Source of the DNA: Ginkgo biloba
Lineage: Eukaryota; Plantae; Ginkgophyta
DNA length: 27,240 bases
Assembly: GCA_024626585.2 (NCBI GenBank)
Contig: JANKJI020000004.1
Coordinates: forward strand, 143,680,485-143,707,724
Direction: 5' to 3'
Part shown: positions 1-11,799 of the stretch, piece after piece
Position numbering within the stretch: the stretch's first letter is position 1
Layout: each line of letters starts with the position of its first letter
Position numbers and translations under genes: made by a program
The notes under the pieces: generated by a model
What the model saw: the letters and a program-made list of their open reading frames with translations, nothing else
What the model was told of the DNA's origin: nothing
Database searches by the model: none

Positions 1-171
1 AGAGGTATTGTAACTGACGCTCCACACTTGTCCAGTAACTCCCAACATGTGTCACCCTAGGGACTGACCCTATGACGACTCACCCCTTATCTAATTCAAT
101 ATTACAATAAATATTTAGGTCTTATAACATTAGGTTATAAGCCAGGACATGTAAACATTAATTATTTAACA
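1..171 (-). repeat. Ty1/copia 3' LTR (partial, runs off the window start)
   Basis: On the minus strand TGTTAAATAAT begins at 171, immediately after the purine tract and the end of the copia RNase H frame. Confidence 0.8.
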
Positions 172-180
172 CTCCCCCAT
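172..180 (-). promoter_or_regulatory. Polypurine tract of the copia element
   Basis: Minus strand ATGGGGGAG directly abutting the LTR-initial TG. Confidence 0.8.
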
Positions 181-1067
181 AATGTTAACATCATTTTTCT
201 TGACACCGATCCCATCTCTGAAATTCTAGAATTTGTCCCGAGCCAGAGGTTTGGTGAAGATGTAGCAATCTGTTCTTTAGTAGGTTTGTACACCAGCTCA
301 ATCTCCCCGTTCTATATCAACTCCCTGATGAAATGATGATGAACCTCTATATGTTTCATCCTTGTATGAAACACATGATTCTTGGCCAGCTTCAATGTAC
401 TCTTATTATCACAGTACAATGTCGTCGCTTGCTCCTGATGTAGACCCATATCACCAAGAATTTACCTCAACTAGATGGCTTCTGATGCAACTACAATTGC
501 ATCTTTGTACTCTGCTTCTGTCAAGGAAAGGGCAACTATCGGCTGCTTCTTACTGCTCCAAGTGACTGCAACCAATCCCAAACTAAAACAATAACCAGAT
601 ATAGACCTCCTGATGTCAACTCATCCGACCCAATCTGAATCTGTATAGCCCTCCAAATTGAAGTTGTCATTCTAGACGAACTCAAGTCCAAACTATAATG
701 TTCCTCGCAAATATCTCAAGATTCGCTTTGCAGCTAACCAATGACTCTGCTTCAGCTCTGCCATAAATCTGGAAACAAACCCAACTGCAAAAGAGATGTC
801 CGGCCTATTTGCATTCAGATAAATCAAACTTCCAACTTATAGTCTATACAGTCTGCCATCTATCTGCACTCCATCATCTTGAACTAATAATTTTGTACCT
901 GTCTCCATGGGGGTATGTGCAGGCTTGCAATCCTCCATTCTAAATCTCCTCAAAACCCCCCAAATGTATTTAGACTGTGACATGAAGATCCTACTAGGCT
1001 TCTGCCGCACTTCCACTCTAGGGAAGTAATGAAGTAAGCCAAGATCTATCATCTCAAAATGGGATGA
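172..1067 (-). pseudogene. Ty1/copia pol fragment: RT C-terminal half plus RNase H, disrupted and 5'-truncated
   Basis: Minus-strand translation gives SSHFEMIDLGLLHYF...SQSKY...CKPAHTPME, RPDISFAVG, HWLAAKRILRYLRGT, EGYTDSDW, WSSKKQ, TEAEY, YCDNKS, KHIEVHHHFIRE and IFTKPL, with several stops and an apparent frameshift near 265. Confidence 0.95.
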
Positions 1068-1389
1068 TGAACAATCCCTAAAAGAGAAACTACTATAGCT
1101 TTATAATAAGGAAGAGACACACATAATTACACTATAGTATCAAGAGGAAATTAACAAATATATGAAATAAGCACATGATCATAGAATGCATAGATAGAGG
1201 TTCTAAAAAGGTGATCTGGTTCTCCTACTCAATAGTAAGTTTAATAATATGAAATGTAATATCAAGATACGATGGATTGGTCCCTATATATTAACAAACT
1301 TAAATGAAAATAGATCTATCAGTTTGAAAAAAATAACAAGATAAGCTATCCATAATTGGGTTAATGGATCCTGTCTTAAACTATTCTAA
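1057..1389 (+). pseudogene. Athila/Tat-like Ty3/gypsy integrase C-terminal (GPY/F) fragment, copy 1
   Basis: Translates KWDDEQSLKEKLL...KGDLVLLLNSKF...RWIGPY...VNGSCLKLF* with many stops; homologous to 21639-21875 and 23129-23467. Confidence 0.85.
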
Positions 1390-2395
1390 ACTTGACCTCT
1401 TAGGGGTTGTAACTTTTTTATCATATTGTACATATTTGTGAAATATTTCTCTTTTGCTAACAAAGGGATATATTAATTATTTTGGACATTAGCTATGCAA
1501 ATTACAATAATTCACAGCTTTGCAGGGTATCTAGATCCAACACGTGCGTACATCATATGGATGGTGTTAACAAATAATTCATCAAATTTATTTTTGTGCA
1601 GAGTGAAATCATGACTTTGTCCTTTCTCTCGTCTCAAGTGGCATTTGCATTGTTTGTTGGTCTTCTACGCAACTTTAGTTGGGTTTCAATGGGAGGTTCC
1701 ATACTGATCCGCCACCAAACAACATGGACGTTTAGAATTAAATATTATGTCTATGAGTTGTTGCTCATGTACTTTTTGTTTTCTATTATATCAAAATGGT
1801 TGTTCAAGTATGCAAGCAAAAGAATTTTCTCCACTTTGCATAATTTGCGAATATGCTATGTTTTTCATAGTAATACACAATCACAACGAACACAGGTTTG
1901 TTTTTTTATATGTATACTAGTCCTTTCTTGTGTCAAGTAATTGATACGGCAAAGAAGCAAATTGTTTAAAGAAAGCATGGAGCCCCCAGTGTTGTAAGCT
2001 TTACATAGTTATTTGTGTTTCAACCTTTGAATTTCATAATGACATTCATCCTCAACTTTTAAATAGCTAAGTAGATTTGGAATATAGAATGTTGAAAAGG
2101 AGTTTCAAACAAGAGAAAAAACTAAGAACTCAAATCTAAACCCTGTCCACTTTCATTTTCAAGGCTAAATCACCCAAAATAAAATTGTTCTATGAATACT
2201 CATAAGCAGAAGAAGCGTTGAAATGAGCCAAATGTCAATGACTATTTTTCAATCACCTTCCTCTGCTTCAATTTCTATTTTTCAGTTGGCTCATTNNNNN
2301 NNNNNNNNNNNNNNNNNNNNNNNNNNNNNNNNNNNNNNNNNNNNNNNNNNNNNNNNNNNNNNNNNNNNNNNNNNNNNNNNNNNNNNNNNNNNNNN

Positions 2396-3414
2396 TGGAC
2401 ATAACCCATTTGGAGTAGAGTTCAAGGTTGAAAGTAAGGTGATTGATGGAAAATTCATTGAGGAGTCTTCAAAGGTTTTTATCCATAATTTTGAGGTATA
2501 TTCTAAAGGATATTTTTATAAGTTGATACATGAGTTGGATATGTTTCCTCTTTAAGAGGCCCATGGGTTTTCCTCTTATTTTGAAGATAAGAGTGTAGAT
2601 TCTTATGGGAAGGAAAATATTAAGGCTGCTCTTATTTTATTATCTATAAGAGCTAATCCATCTAGTTATTCTACCACTTTTTTGAGTAATTATGGAAACA
2701 TAAAGAGGAGGGTTAATAAGAAGAAGGAAATTTCTATGCAAGCACCCAAATATCTACATCAACAAAATCATGGAAGGAAGAGACAACTAAAAATTTTGGT
2801 TGAGACTTTGAATGGGCAAGATTCTTCAATTAATTTTACCAACACTATGGTTAAGAGACTTGATATGTATGTGCTCTTAACATTGTAGAAGCAGGTGGGG
2901 GATGTAATAGTTTCATCTATTATTGATAAAGATGGTATGTGAAACTTGGTTTTGGATAAATTGATAAATTAATTGGGTCTAGATATTAAGTATTTACCTA
3001 ACTCAATGAGATCAATTATAGAAACCTAGAGGAGAGTTATCTAGTTTTTTATCACTAAAATTTCATTGGTGAGATGATTTTATGATAGAGTGCCCATGGA
3101 TAACACTAGTGTCTTATTGGGAATCCCCTTGATTTATTGATGGGAATGCCACATTTAAATTGATAGAATACAGATATTTCCTTCATCCTTAAAGCAATTC
3201 CAATTTATAAGTTGACTATTTTGAGGTTCAAGAGTGAAGGATAAGAAGGTTATACAACATTTTATGAGGTTTATTTTGTGAAAAGTAGAAAATATGAGTG
3301 GAATTCAATTATGGAACATGTTTTGTTATCATCATTCCTTTTTAAAGTATTAGAGTTCCTGTATTTTGACTTGGTTAAGTAATGGGGTCCATTTCTTCCT
3401 TGGAGGGGAGTAAG
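2396..3414 (+). mobile_element. Internal region of an internally deleted chromovirus-like element: gag remnant, aspartic protease remnant and short chromodomain-like tail, without RT/RH/INT
   Basis: PFGVEFKVE...DG...IHNFEVY (gag N-terminus), then ELDMFP (late gag), then IIDKDG...NLV...LGL...DRVPMDNTSVLLG (protease), then YEVYFVK, PPT and LTR. Frame 2397-2888 has one internal stop. The 5' end is hidden by a gap. Confidence 0.7.
3402..3414 (+). promoter_or_regulatory. Polypurine tract
   Basis: GGAGGGGAGTAAG immediately before TGATGT. Confidence 0.65.
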
Positions 3415-4322
3415 TGATGTTCCATGGAGAGATAGCACTTGGTTCTATAGGGGTATAGATTTTTTAGTGGATATGACCATAAGGAACTTATTGGAGAGTT
3501 TTTACTATATTAGGTTTTTTCTCACTAGATTATCTTTTTTAAATTATCTTATGGCTAATTTTAGACAATATATGTGTACGGGCATGATACTAATTCAAGT
3601 TATGCATATTATTTCCATAGTCTATTATTTTTAAGGTTAGCATAGGTTGGTTGAAGCATGCATGGAATCTTTCTATTTTAGTACCTAAATAAATTTTGAA
3701 AAGGTTTCTCCTATATAAGAACCTTGTTCCCTATGTTCTCATATTTTTTATCTAGATATTTTGGTCATTATAACTCTATGTATTGTACACTTTGTTTAAT
3801 GAAATCTCTTGTTCTTTGTCTAATTTATTATGGAGACATATTGTTTGAGATCTTGTCTTGAATCTTTGATTATCTATATATTTCTTTCCAAATCCTTTGA
3901 GTGTATAGGTTCCTTATTGGATTACATGTAGGTAGTTTGGAAACTCCATAGGTCCATATAGGTCATGTTCTTAGGCCACGTACAAAGGAACACATGTCCA
4001 TCACCTCTATGAGTTTTTAGGCTCCACAATTTATACCTAATTATGTATTTTTGTGTGCACTTTATTAAGTTAAATATTTTTTCATGTGCTTTATATATGC
4101 ATAGGCATGGTATAGTGTGCACTGACATGATATTATAGAATACTCTAAATATAGATAATTTTTAGAGAATTTCTTTAATTGTACAATGACAAAGATTTAT
4201 AGAAGGGTCTTGAGTAATGTTTTAATAACTTACATCATTTATTACCCCCTTTGTTTAATTCCAAATCACTTCTGCAACACTTTGAAGGTCATTCTTTCAT
4301 CCTTCTACAAGTAGGTACATCA
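3415..4322 (+). repeat. LTR (about 0.9 kb) with CRM-type termini TGATGT...ACATCA
   Basis: Starts TGATGTTCC after the PPT and ends GGTACATCA (8/9 inverted match). A homologous copy begins at 14424. Confidence 0.75.
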
Positions 4323-5700
4323 AAAAGTGAGAAAGATGAGGTTAGATTGCCCAAGGATGTGATTATATAATAATTTGTGAGTATGCAATAAGAACAATAG
4401 GATGAAAGTGTGAATGGAGATGAAGATATGTACGATAATGTACACATATAATAAATTATAATTATTAAAGTTCTTGTGATGGCATAGGTTGTTATGACTA
4501 AGCAACATGCGATGATGGTGCATATGGATGTGACATGATAATTTGATATGACATAGTAGGGTGATGAAAAAAATAAGAAATATGAGGCTAAGGAAAGAAA
4601 TAGTGTACCATACCCTAAGGAATATAATATAAATCATCTTGCTCTGATAGGGAGCAACATAGAATTACTACCTTAGGCTGGTGCACTCGAAACTCAAGCC
4701 AAAATTGATCCATTATATAATTTCAAATCAATAAAATGTAATGCACAAGTTTTCTTTAATCTTTAATATACTAATAAGTCTAAAATGGCTGTATCCAAAT
4801 CAAAATAAGGGATATAAAAAAAATAATAGGATTTGGCCAAGGAATACATGGACATCTAAGAAGTGCATATAGCCACACAGGATTTGACACTCTAAGGTGT
4901 CAAAAATCTATAAGAGGGAGTATCCAAAGTATTTTCCCAAAAATTGGATGACTATAAGATGAAAAATGGGTATATGGAGGATTCCATTGCACATTACTAT
5001 GAACTTATTATTCGGTAATTAGGTGAATAAGAAAGAGATGGATAAGTCAATTGGCAAGCACATATGGTTGTAGATGAATAATGAATACATAAGGTATTCA
5101 TAATAAAATTATAAATACCAATGAGGCATACTAGAAGGAACATATAGAGATAAAGTTCAACTTCTAATAATATAATGACCTATCTCAACAATTTTTTGAA
5201 AAATAAGAAGACTTGGTAACATGGATAGAACATAATAGGCCATAATATAAATAATATTTTTATAAATAAAGAAATCTATCTTAGAATAATTTATATTAGG
5301 TAATATAGTATCTAGAGTATAAAGATTCAAAGGCCCAATATGACACCCTTCCCAAGCAATTGGATGAGATAGGGGATAAAAGTAGGCAACTATAGGTGAA
5401 TACTAATAAAATTCATAACTATTTGGGTATTTTCGATGATGTAGAGAAGACATCCACCATTTTGAAAGAAAAATAAAAGGAGAACAAGCATCTCCATAGG
5501 TTGCTACCCATTAAGATAAAATACAAGGATATTTTGTAAGTGTTGGAATAAAATAATCAAATGACAATCCAAAATACTAAGTCCATCCTTAGTACATCAA
5601 ACCTGTTGATTGAGTAGGATATTGACAAATTACTAATGGAACTAAATAAAGTAAGACCCATTTATATTAATTCTATAGAGAATTATAATATGAGATAAAT
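4323..5700 (+). pseudogene. Heavily degenerate, probably coiled-coil, unassigned ORF remnant (likely retroelement-derived)
   Basis: Purine-rich, E/K/D-rich reading (KSEKDEVRLPKDV...; LEYKDSKAQYDTLPKQLDEIG...; DIDKLLMELNKVRP) broken by many TAA/TAG codons. Family not recognised. Confidence 0.35.
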
Positions 5701-5844
5701 AGTTAAAGGGACTTGCAAGATTCAATTTTATTTGTCACCACCAATCTTGAACCAACATAACAAGAACATTCCACGTCCAATCTAGCCAACTAAATTTTAG
5801 TTTTTCTAAATTTTATGGAATAAATATAATCCAAGGGTTAGATA

Positions 5845-6278
5845 AATGTATATAAATAATAAATAATATAATTAAGTTTAGTTAATTATGTTTAAATCCT
5901 ATTATTATGTGTTGTTAATATTTGAAGTTAGGTAAGAAAGACTACTCTAGAAGAAAGGTCTTGTCCTAAAATGAGTGGGAAATGGTAGGATTAGACCTAT
6001 AAATGCATGTATTATATGCTCAACAAAGGGGGATGAGAGTTATAGTATTATGTCTATATGACATTTGAGTTAATGCATAGAAGATTGATTGTTCTCCTTC
6101 TGTCTTTAAGTTGATGTGAATGAAGTGTTATTGATTACAACAAATGAGATTGTAAATAGTAATGCATATTAAATATGTATTATGTTTAGATCATAGATTA
6201 TATGTGTTATATATGGTATTCTTGATATTATATTATTCTCAAATGTATTGGTAACATAGGCTGATACTAAACTTTACA
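5845..6278 (+). repeat. LTR-like direct repeat, copy A
   Basis: Shares blocks with 7765-8190 (TGTTGTTAATATTTGAAGTTAGGTAAGAA, CTATAAATGCATGTATTATATG, ATGTATTGGTAACATAGG); has a TATA-like motif and ends TTTACA. Left boundary approximate. Confidence 0.7.
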
Positions 6279-7764
6279 ATTGAAATAATATCAAAACATT
6301 GGTTCTATTTCTAAGTGGGAGAAAATATAGTCAGTCTTAAAGGAATAGTTGGTCTAAATTAGAGAAACAATATTTGTCTTCTCAATATATTCAAAGATTT
6401 GGTTACAATCTTCAAATATCTAGCCAAACTAAGTATTAAACTGTGTGTATGCAATAAGTTGTTTAGCAACTACTCAATGAACTTGAGTTGGGATCATCGA
6501 AGGAGCTAGAAAGAGCACNNNNNNNNNNNNNNNNNNNNNNNNNNNNNNNNNNNNNNNNNNNNNNNNNNNNNNNNNNNNNNNNNNNNNNNNNNNNNNNNNN
6601 NNNNNNNNNNNNNNNNNNTTACATTCCTTGTCTATGTCTCTTCATGGTTGGTCTCACTCATGAAACATTTGTATGTAAATGAAAGTAGATCATTAACAAT
6701 GGTTGAGGTAATCACGCTAATAAAAAATAGCCATATAATATCTGAATCTACACAAAAATGATGAAGAGGAGTGAAGATGTTGGGAATGCATTACATTCCT
6801 TAGTATGGTCATCAAAATATATTAGTGTAAAGTACCACTCTCCAATATGATACCTATTAATAACATATTAAAAGGATTAAATATGGGGATTAATTATGTA
6901 CATAGTCCTTGATGAATAACATGCATAAACAAATTAAGAGGAATATGATATAGCATAAGAAAAGAGAATATAAGATATGAGAGAAAATGTGGTGAGAAAT
7001 CTTATCTAGAAGGATAATACTATTGATTAATATCATATACTCTTTCTCCTTATGCTAAGCCATATGTTTGAAGACGATCTTCACAATAAAAAATCACCTT
7101 TTTTCCCATGGGATGAGAAATGATAAAGGCACTATCTGCCATTGGACAATGGAATATCCCCCATTTTCATAACTATATAAAAGGATAAATATATTATGAT
7201 AATGACTATCTAAGGTTGACTATAGGGTAGTGATACAATTCGACAAGATTAGCCAAAGGATATACAAATGGCCATAATAAAAATGGTTATGCATAGGAAT
7301 AATCCCAATGAATGGTTAAATGGACATCATGTATATCATAGGTGCCAAAACAGGCAATAACACCATACAATAGGCTTTCACATCTTGGCAAGTATGCAAT
7401 TGATCATACTATACTATGTATAAGAAATTATATTCTTATAATATTTTAGTTTTGACCTTTTTGTCATGCATTGTGCCTTTTCTTAGAGTTCCATGCCTTT
7501 TCCTTAGTATGTCATGCATTCTCCTTCCCTTTGCTATAGAATTTTCTCATGATGCCATTAATTTTATCTTCAATAGTTAACACCTAAATAGAGAGTCATT
7601 TATACATATGGTTAGGACATGTGGATGGATGTGAAATACCTACATATAAAAAAGAATCTAAGAGTCTGATGTGGAAAGAATAAAGCATGTTTATATTAAT
7701 TAAAATATCTCTTATATATCTAAAAGAATAATATCTTACAAATTAGTTCTTATGCATAAGTGTA

Positions 7765-8190
7765 AGTGTATATAGATGATGAGTACTTTAATTAGTTTAG
7801 TTAATTAATTTAGTTTTTTTATTATATGTTGTTAATATTTGAAGTTAGGTAAGAAGGACTCTTTTAGATGAAAGTTATTATCATGAAATGAGAAAGAAAC
7901 GGTAGGCCTTGGACTATAAATGCATGTATTATATGATCATAAAGAAAGGGTGAGAGTTGTATTATTCTATGTATAATACATTAAAGTTAATAAAAGGTTT
8001 ATTATTCTCGTTTATTCTCTAAGATGATGTGAATGAGTGTTGTTGATTACACTGGATAAGATTTCAAATAGTAATGCATGTTGGATATATGTTATGGTTA
8101 GAAAATAGATTATATATATTATTTTGTATACTCTCAAGATTGTATTATGATCATATGTATTGGTAACATAGGTTGATAGTATAATTTATC
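7765..8190 (+). repeat. LTR-like direct repeat, copy B
   Basis: Collinear diverged copy of 5845-6278; boundaries approximate. Confidence 0.7.
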
Positions 8191-8944
8191 TCTTGAAAGA
8201 ATAATGAAACAATAACTTTTCTCATTATGGAACCTCAAAATTTTTTTATTTTTTAAATTTCCTACATATTTTAGGGAAAGACATGGAGATGATAAATAAA
8301 GGCATGACATATGTAGGAGAAGTTGCAACATGGATAGGTAAGGTTCGATGTAAACGAAGAAAGGGATATTCACATGAAAAAAAGTGTGACATCCTATAAC
8401 ATCCATCTAAGATCCATTTTTAACTAGTTTCTTAATATGTTTAATGACCCCTTAATCCCCATATGGATATTATAGTCCATACTAAACATATAGAATATAT
8501 TACGCACCTCATATAGGATTTAGAGTTCCACTCTTGACTGTATTTAGATATTTACAAAGAATTTCATTTTCATACTATATATTGGTTTTGAATTATCCTT
8601 ACCTCTTTGTCACATCAATTGTATGATATCATTTCTTCACATTTTAAAATTTTAAATAGGCATATATTTTTCTTGGTTTTATTTTCTCTTGGAATTATAT
8701 ATTTTTAGGAATATATTATTCTAAAAATATATTCATTCTTGGATATAAAACCCAAGACTCTACATCACCCCTAGAACTACTTACCAAGAAGATTGAGCTT
8801 CTAAAATAGTAAATTTACATTCTCTAAAAGGATGCAACTAAGGCCACTCACTGGCACTAGTACTTAACGGATATGTATTTATCCTTATAGTAAATTATGT
8901 CATAGGAAGGATCTTCTTTTAAGGATTCTTGTAGCATCTATATA

Positions 8945-9670
8945 TATGTTATAAAATTAAATACCAAGATTTAACTTATTACTTTCAATAGTTCCATAGT
9001 CATTGATCATGTGGATGCACTATTAAGAGATTTGGAGGTTTATTTTAAAATCCAAGGGTGTGGAGACAAAAAATAATTCTTGTTAGTAAATATTAAATTG
9101 ATAAATCATGCACTTCTTTGGTGGGATTATCTTTGCATAAGAAGAGAAAATATAAATCATCTTATAATATCTACATATGAGGAGATGAATCAACTAATTT
9201 GAAACAAGTTCCACCCGATTGACTACATGGAATAACTCACCCAAATTTGGTAGCATTTATGATGGTCTAACAGATATTTATTTTAATCTTACATTATAGA
9301 GTTTCACAAACTTATAATTTGACTAAGTATTGAAGAAACTAAGTAGGTACTAGAGCTCAAGTTTACTGGGGACTCTTTTTAGTATATCAATAGGAACTAG
9401 ACATCATTCCCATTTTCAATTGGAACAAATCATATAATTATACTTTGAAATTGTAAAATAATATTCTAAAAAGAAATCCCCCTCTAAAAAATTCTTTCTC
9501 TTATTCCTTCCATAGCTCATGGAAGGATATATGATCATATTCTAATACTTTTAAATCATATAGAGATAAGAAACCTTCCAATGATAAGGGGCATGGAAAT
9601 ACAATTAAGTAGGCCCAATATTATGAACATCATAGTAGTTATGGCTACAAAAAAAAGGAGTATTAATTTA
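8945..9670 (+). pseudogene. gag with eroded CCHC zinc knuckle
   Basis: LRDLEVYFK, KLINHALLWWD, STYEEM, EFHKL, ELDIIP; knuckle-spaced Y-EH-H-SSYG-Y-KKKE-Y* at 9622-9666. Confidence 0.8.
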
Positions 9671-9799
9671 ATAAAAAATAAAAAGGATTAAATAAGTAAA
9701 TCCTATTGGTTTAATAGGATAAGGATCTCATTTTTAATTAGAAAAATATAGGTTGATAAGACTTTAACCCTCACCAACACTTCTTGATCTCCACTAAGT

Positions 9800-10170
9800 A
9801 GAGAGAAAAACTTTTTTATTAGGAATTAGGTTCAAGATCATTTGATCTCCTTTATTTTATATAATAGAAGTATAAACAATTTTATCTTATATCTAGTGTA
9901 ATATATTAAACTTTCCACCTAGACACACCCTTCACCATATACTTTGGGATGGGTTAAATTAGGTAGTTATAATAGTTGAGTGTACAAGGTTTGTATTATA
10001 TTCTTTGATAGATAATCCTATATTGATGAGGTCACTCATGAAGTCATTCCTATGGGATATTCTAATATGCTTTTTAGAAACCCTTCTTAAGATTACTAGC
10101 ATTCTATATATGATCTAAGAACTAAAAAATACCATTCTAAGAAGGATGAAATCAGCTATCATCTTCCCTC
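9800..10170 (+). pseudogene. Aspartic protease remnant
   Basis: REKLF...HPSPYTLGWV...YIDEVTHEVIPM...KKDEISY; the catalytic DSG motif is eroded. Confidence 0.75.
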
Positions 10171-10374
10171 TCTAGTAGGTTTACGCTAGTTAGTTTATCC
10201 AAATGAAGTTAAGAATCTTTCCAACAATGCATGATAGTTCACCTTATTATTGATCTAGACATAAGATAGAGTGGAAGGTTATATTTTGAGAATAGAGGTT
10301 ATAGGATTGGATGAGAAACATCCACATATTCTATATTTATAGGACACCTATTATAATATTTTTAATAAGCTTAA

Positions 10375-11670
10375 GTTGCTTCTACCTTCTCAAGTAGTTG
10401 AACATAACATTGAACTTATTCCTACCTCTAGCTTACCTAATTAACTAGTTTATAAGACCTCTTATCTTGAGTCCCTTCTAAAGAAGAAAATTAAGTGGTT
10501 GATCAAGGATGGACATATTCATCCCTATTATAACCCATGTGGTTCACCAATAATCTTCATTCCCAAGGAGAATAATACCTAGAATTTTTATATCGATTAT
10601 TAGTCACTCAATAAGATCATAGTTAAAAATAAGTACCCTTTTTCGTAGATTGTTGACTTGATTAACTGATTGTAAGGATACTAATACTTCTCTAATATTT
10701 ACCTTAAATTTATTTATCACCAAGTTATAGTGAATCTCGAGGACATATGGAAAATAATATTTAAAACATAATTTATTTTTTATAAGTGGTTGGTCATGCA
10801 CTTTTGGTTTAATCAATGCATGACTATTTTCACGAGGATGATGAAATCCATACTCAATACCTTCTTAGATTCCTTGTAGTGGTTTATTTGGATAATATTC
10901 TCATTTTTAATAGATCATAGAGAGATAATATTGTCAAAAATGTCATATCCATTTTAGAGTAGTTGTGCATTTATGGATAATAAAACAATATGGACAAGTG
11001 TGACTTTTTCCAAACTTCTATTCATTATCTTGGTTTTATTGTTAAACAACATGGAGTTCTCATGGATCCTAACAAGATGTAGTTCTAGTTAGATTTCCCC
11101 CCTCTCATGAATTTATATGATTTGAGGAGATTTTTGGTCCATAGAAAATTCTATAGGAGGTTTATTTTATCCTATTTATAAGTTGATTTTCCTTTGAATG
11201 AGATTATTAATAATAGTAAACCTTTTATTTGGATTTTAGCACAATATAATACTTTTGATATGATGAAGGAGTTACTTTATATAGCTCTAGTTTTAACTCT
11301 TATAAATTTGATCCCTCCTTTTGAGGTTGAGATAGATGTTTCCTAGTATGCCATAGGTGTAGTGATTAAGTAATAAGGAAGGATTATTTATTATCATTCT
11401 AAGAACTTCTCTTTTTCTAAATCCAACTATTTCAAATATGAAAAAGAGATTTATGGTCTTGTCTAGGCCCTCAAATATTGGCACCACTTTCTTGGGAAGG
11501 AGATAGTTATGCATACTTATCATCATCCTTTGTAGTTTCTTTAGTGTCAAATAAGGATTTAGGAGAATTTATAAACGAAGTAGGATTCTTATTTATAACA
11601 ATTTCACCTTGTAATTTTCTATAAGAATGGGGTGAAAAATAAGATAACTAACTTCTTAAATCGACCATGG
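10375..11670 (+). pseudogene. Reverse transcriptase plus RNase H remnant
   Basis: VEHNIELIP, PCGSP, IDY*SLNKIIVKNKYP, YHQV, EDIWK, WLVM.FGL.NA, VVYLDNILIF (10885-10896 YLDN), KCDF, YLGF, FEVEIDVS*YAIG, YEKE, ALKYWHH, NRP. Confidence 0.93.
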
Positions 11671-11799
11671 ACTATGAGAACCTTAGAAACCAAGTGACAT
11701 AGTTATATTTAAAAGAGGAATATATATGGGAATTATTAATATATTATAGATATATTTTTATCTATTCATAATCCTTCATATGTCCATCATGAGGATTTC

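Noticed and set aside
121-141. 8-bp inverted repeat CTTATAAC/GTTATAAG in the copia LTR
   Set aside because: Short and AT-rich; compatible with chance.
362-565. 67-aa plus-strand ORF
   Set aside because: Antisense shadow of the copia RNase H region.
1596-1940. 114-aa hydrophobic ORF as a membrane protein gene
   Set aside because: GTG start, hydrophobicity explained by T-rich DNA, and no recognisable motif.
2223-2555. ORFs spanning N-runs (also 6488, 15087, 15139, 17201, 17269, 19078, 21733, 25126, 25139, 25183)
   Set aside because: Continuity is created by X-translated gaps joining separate contigs.
4320-4637. His-rich 105-aa minus-strand ORF
   Set aside because: Antisense reading of a GAT/ATG-rich degenerate plus-strand stretch.
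8387-8767. Candidate 5' LTR of the CRM-like element (TGACAT...ACATCA, shares CATCCATCT with the 13228 LTR start)
   Set aside because: Similarity is too short, and no PBS or target-site duplication is seen.
10604-11550. Minus-strand ORFs 10604-10816 and 11293-11550
   Set aside because: Antisense to degenerate RT/RNase H.
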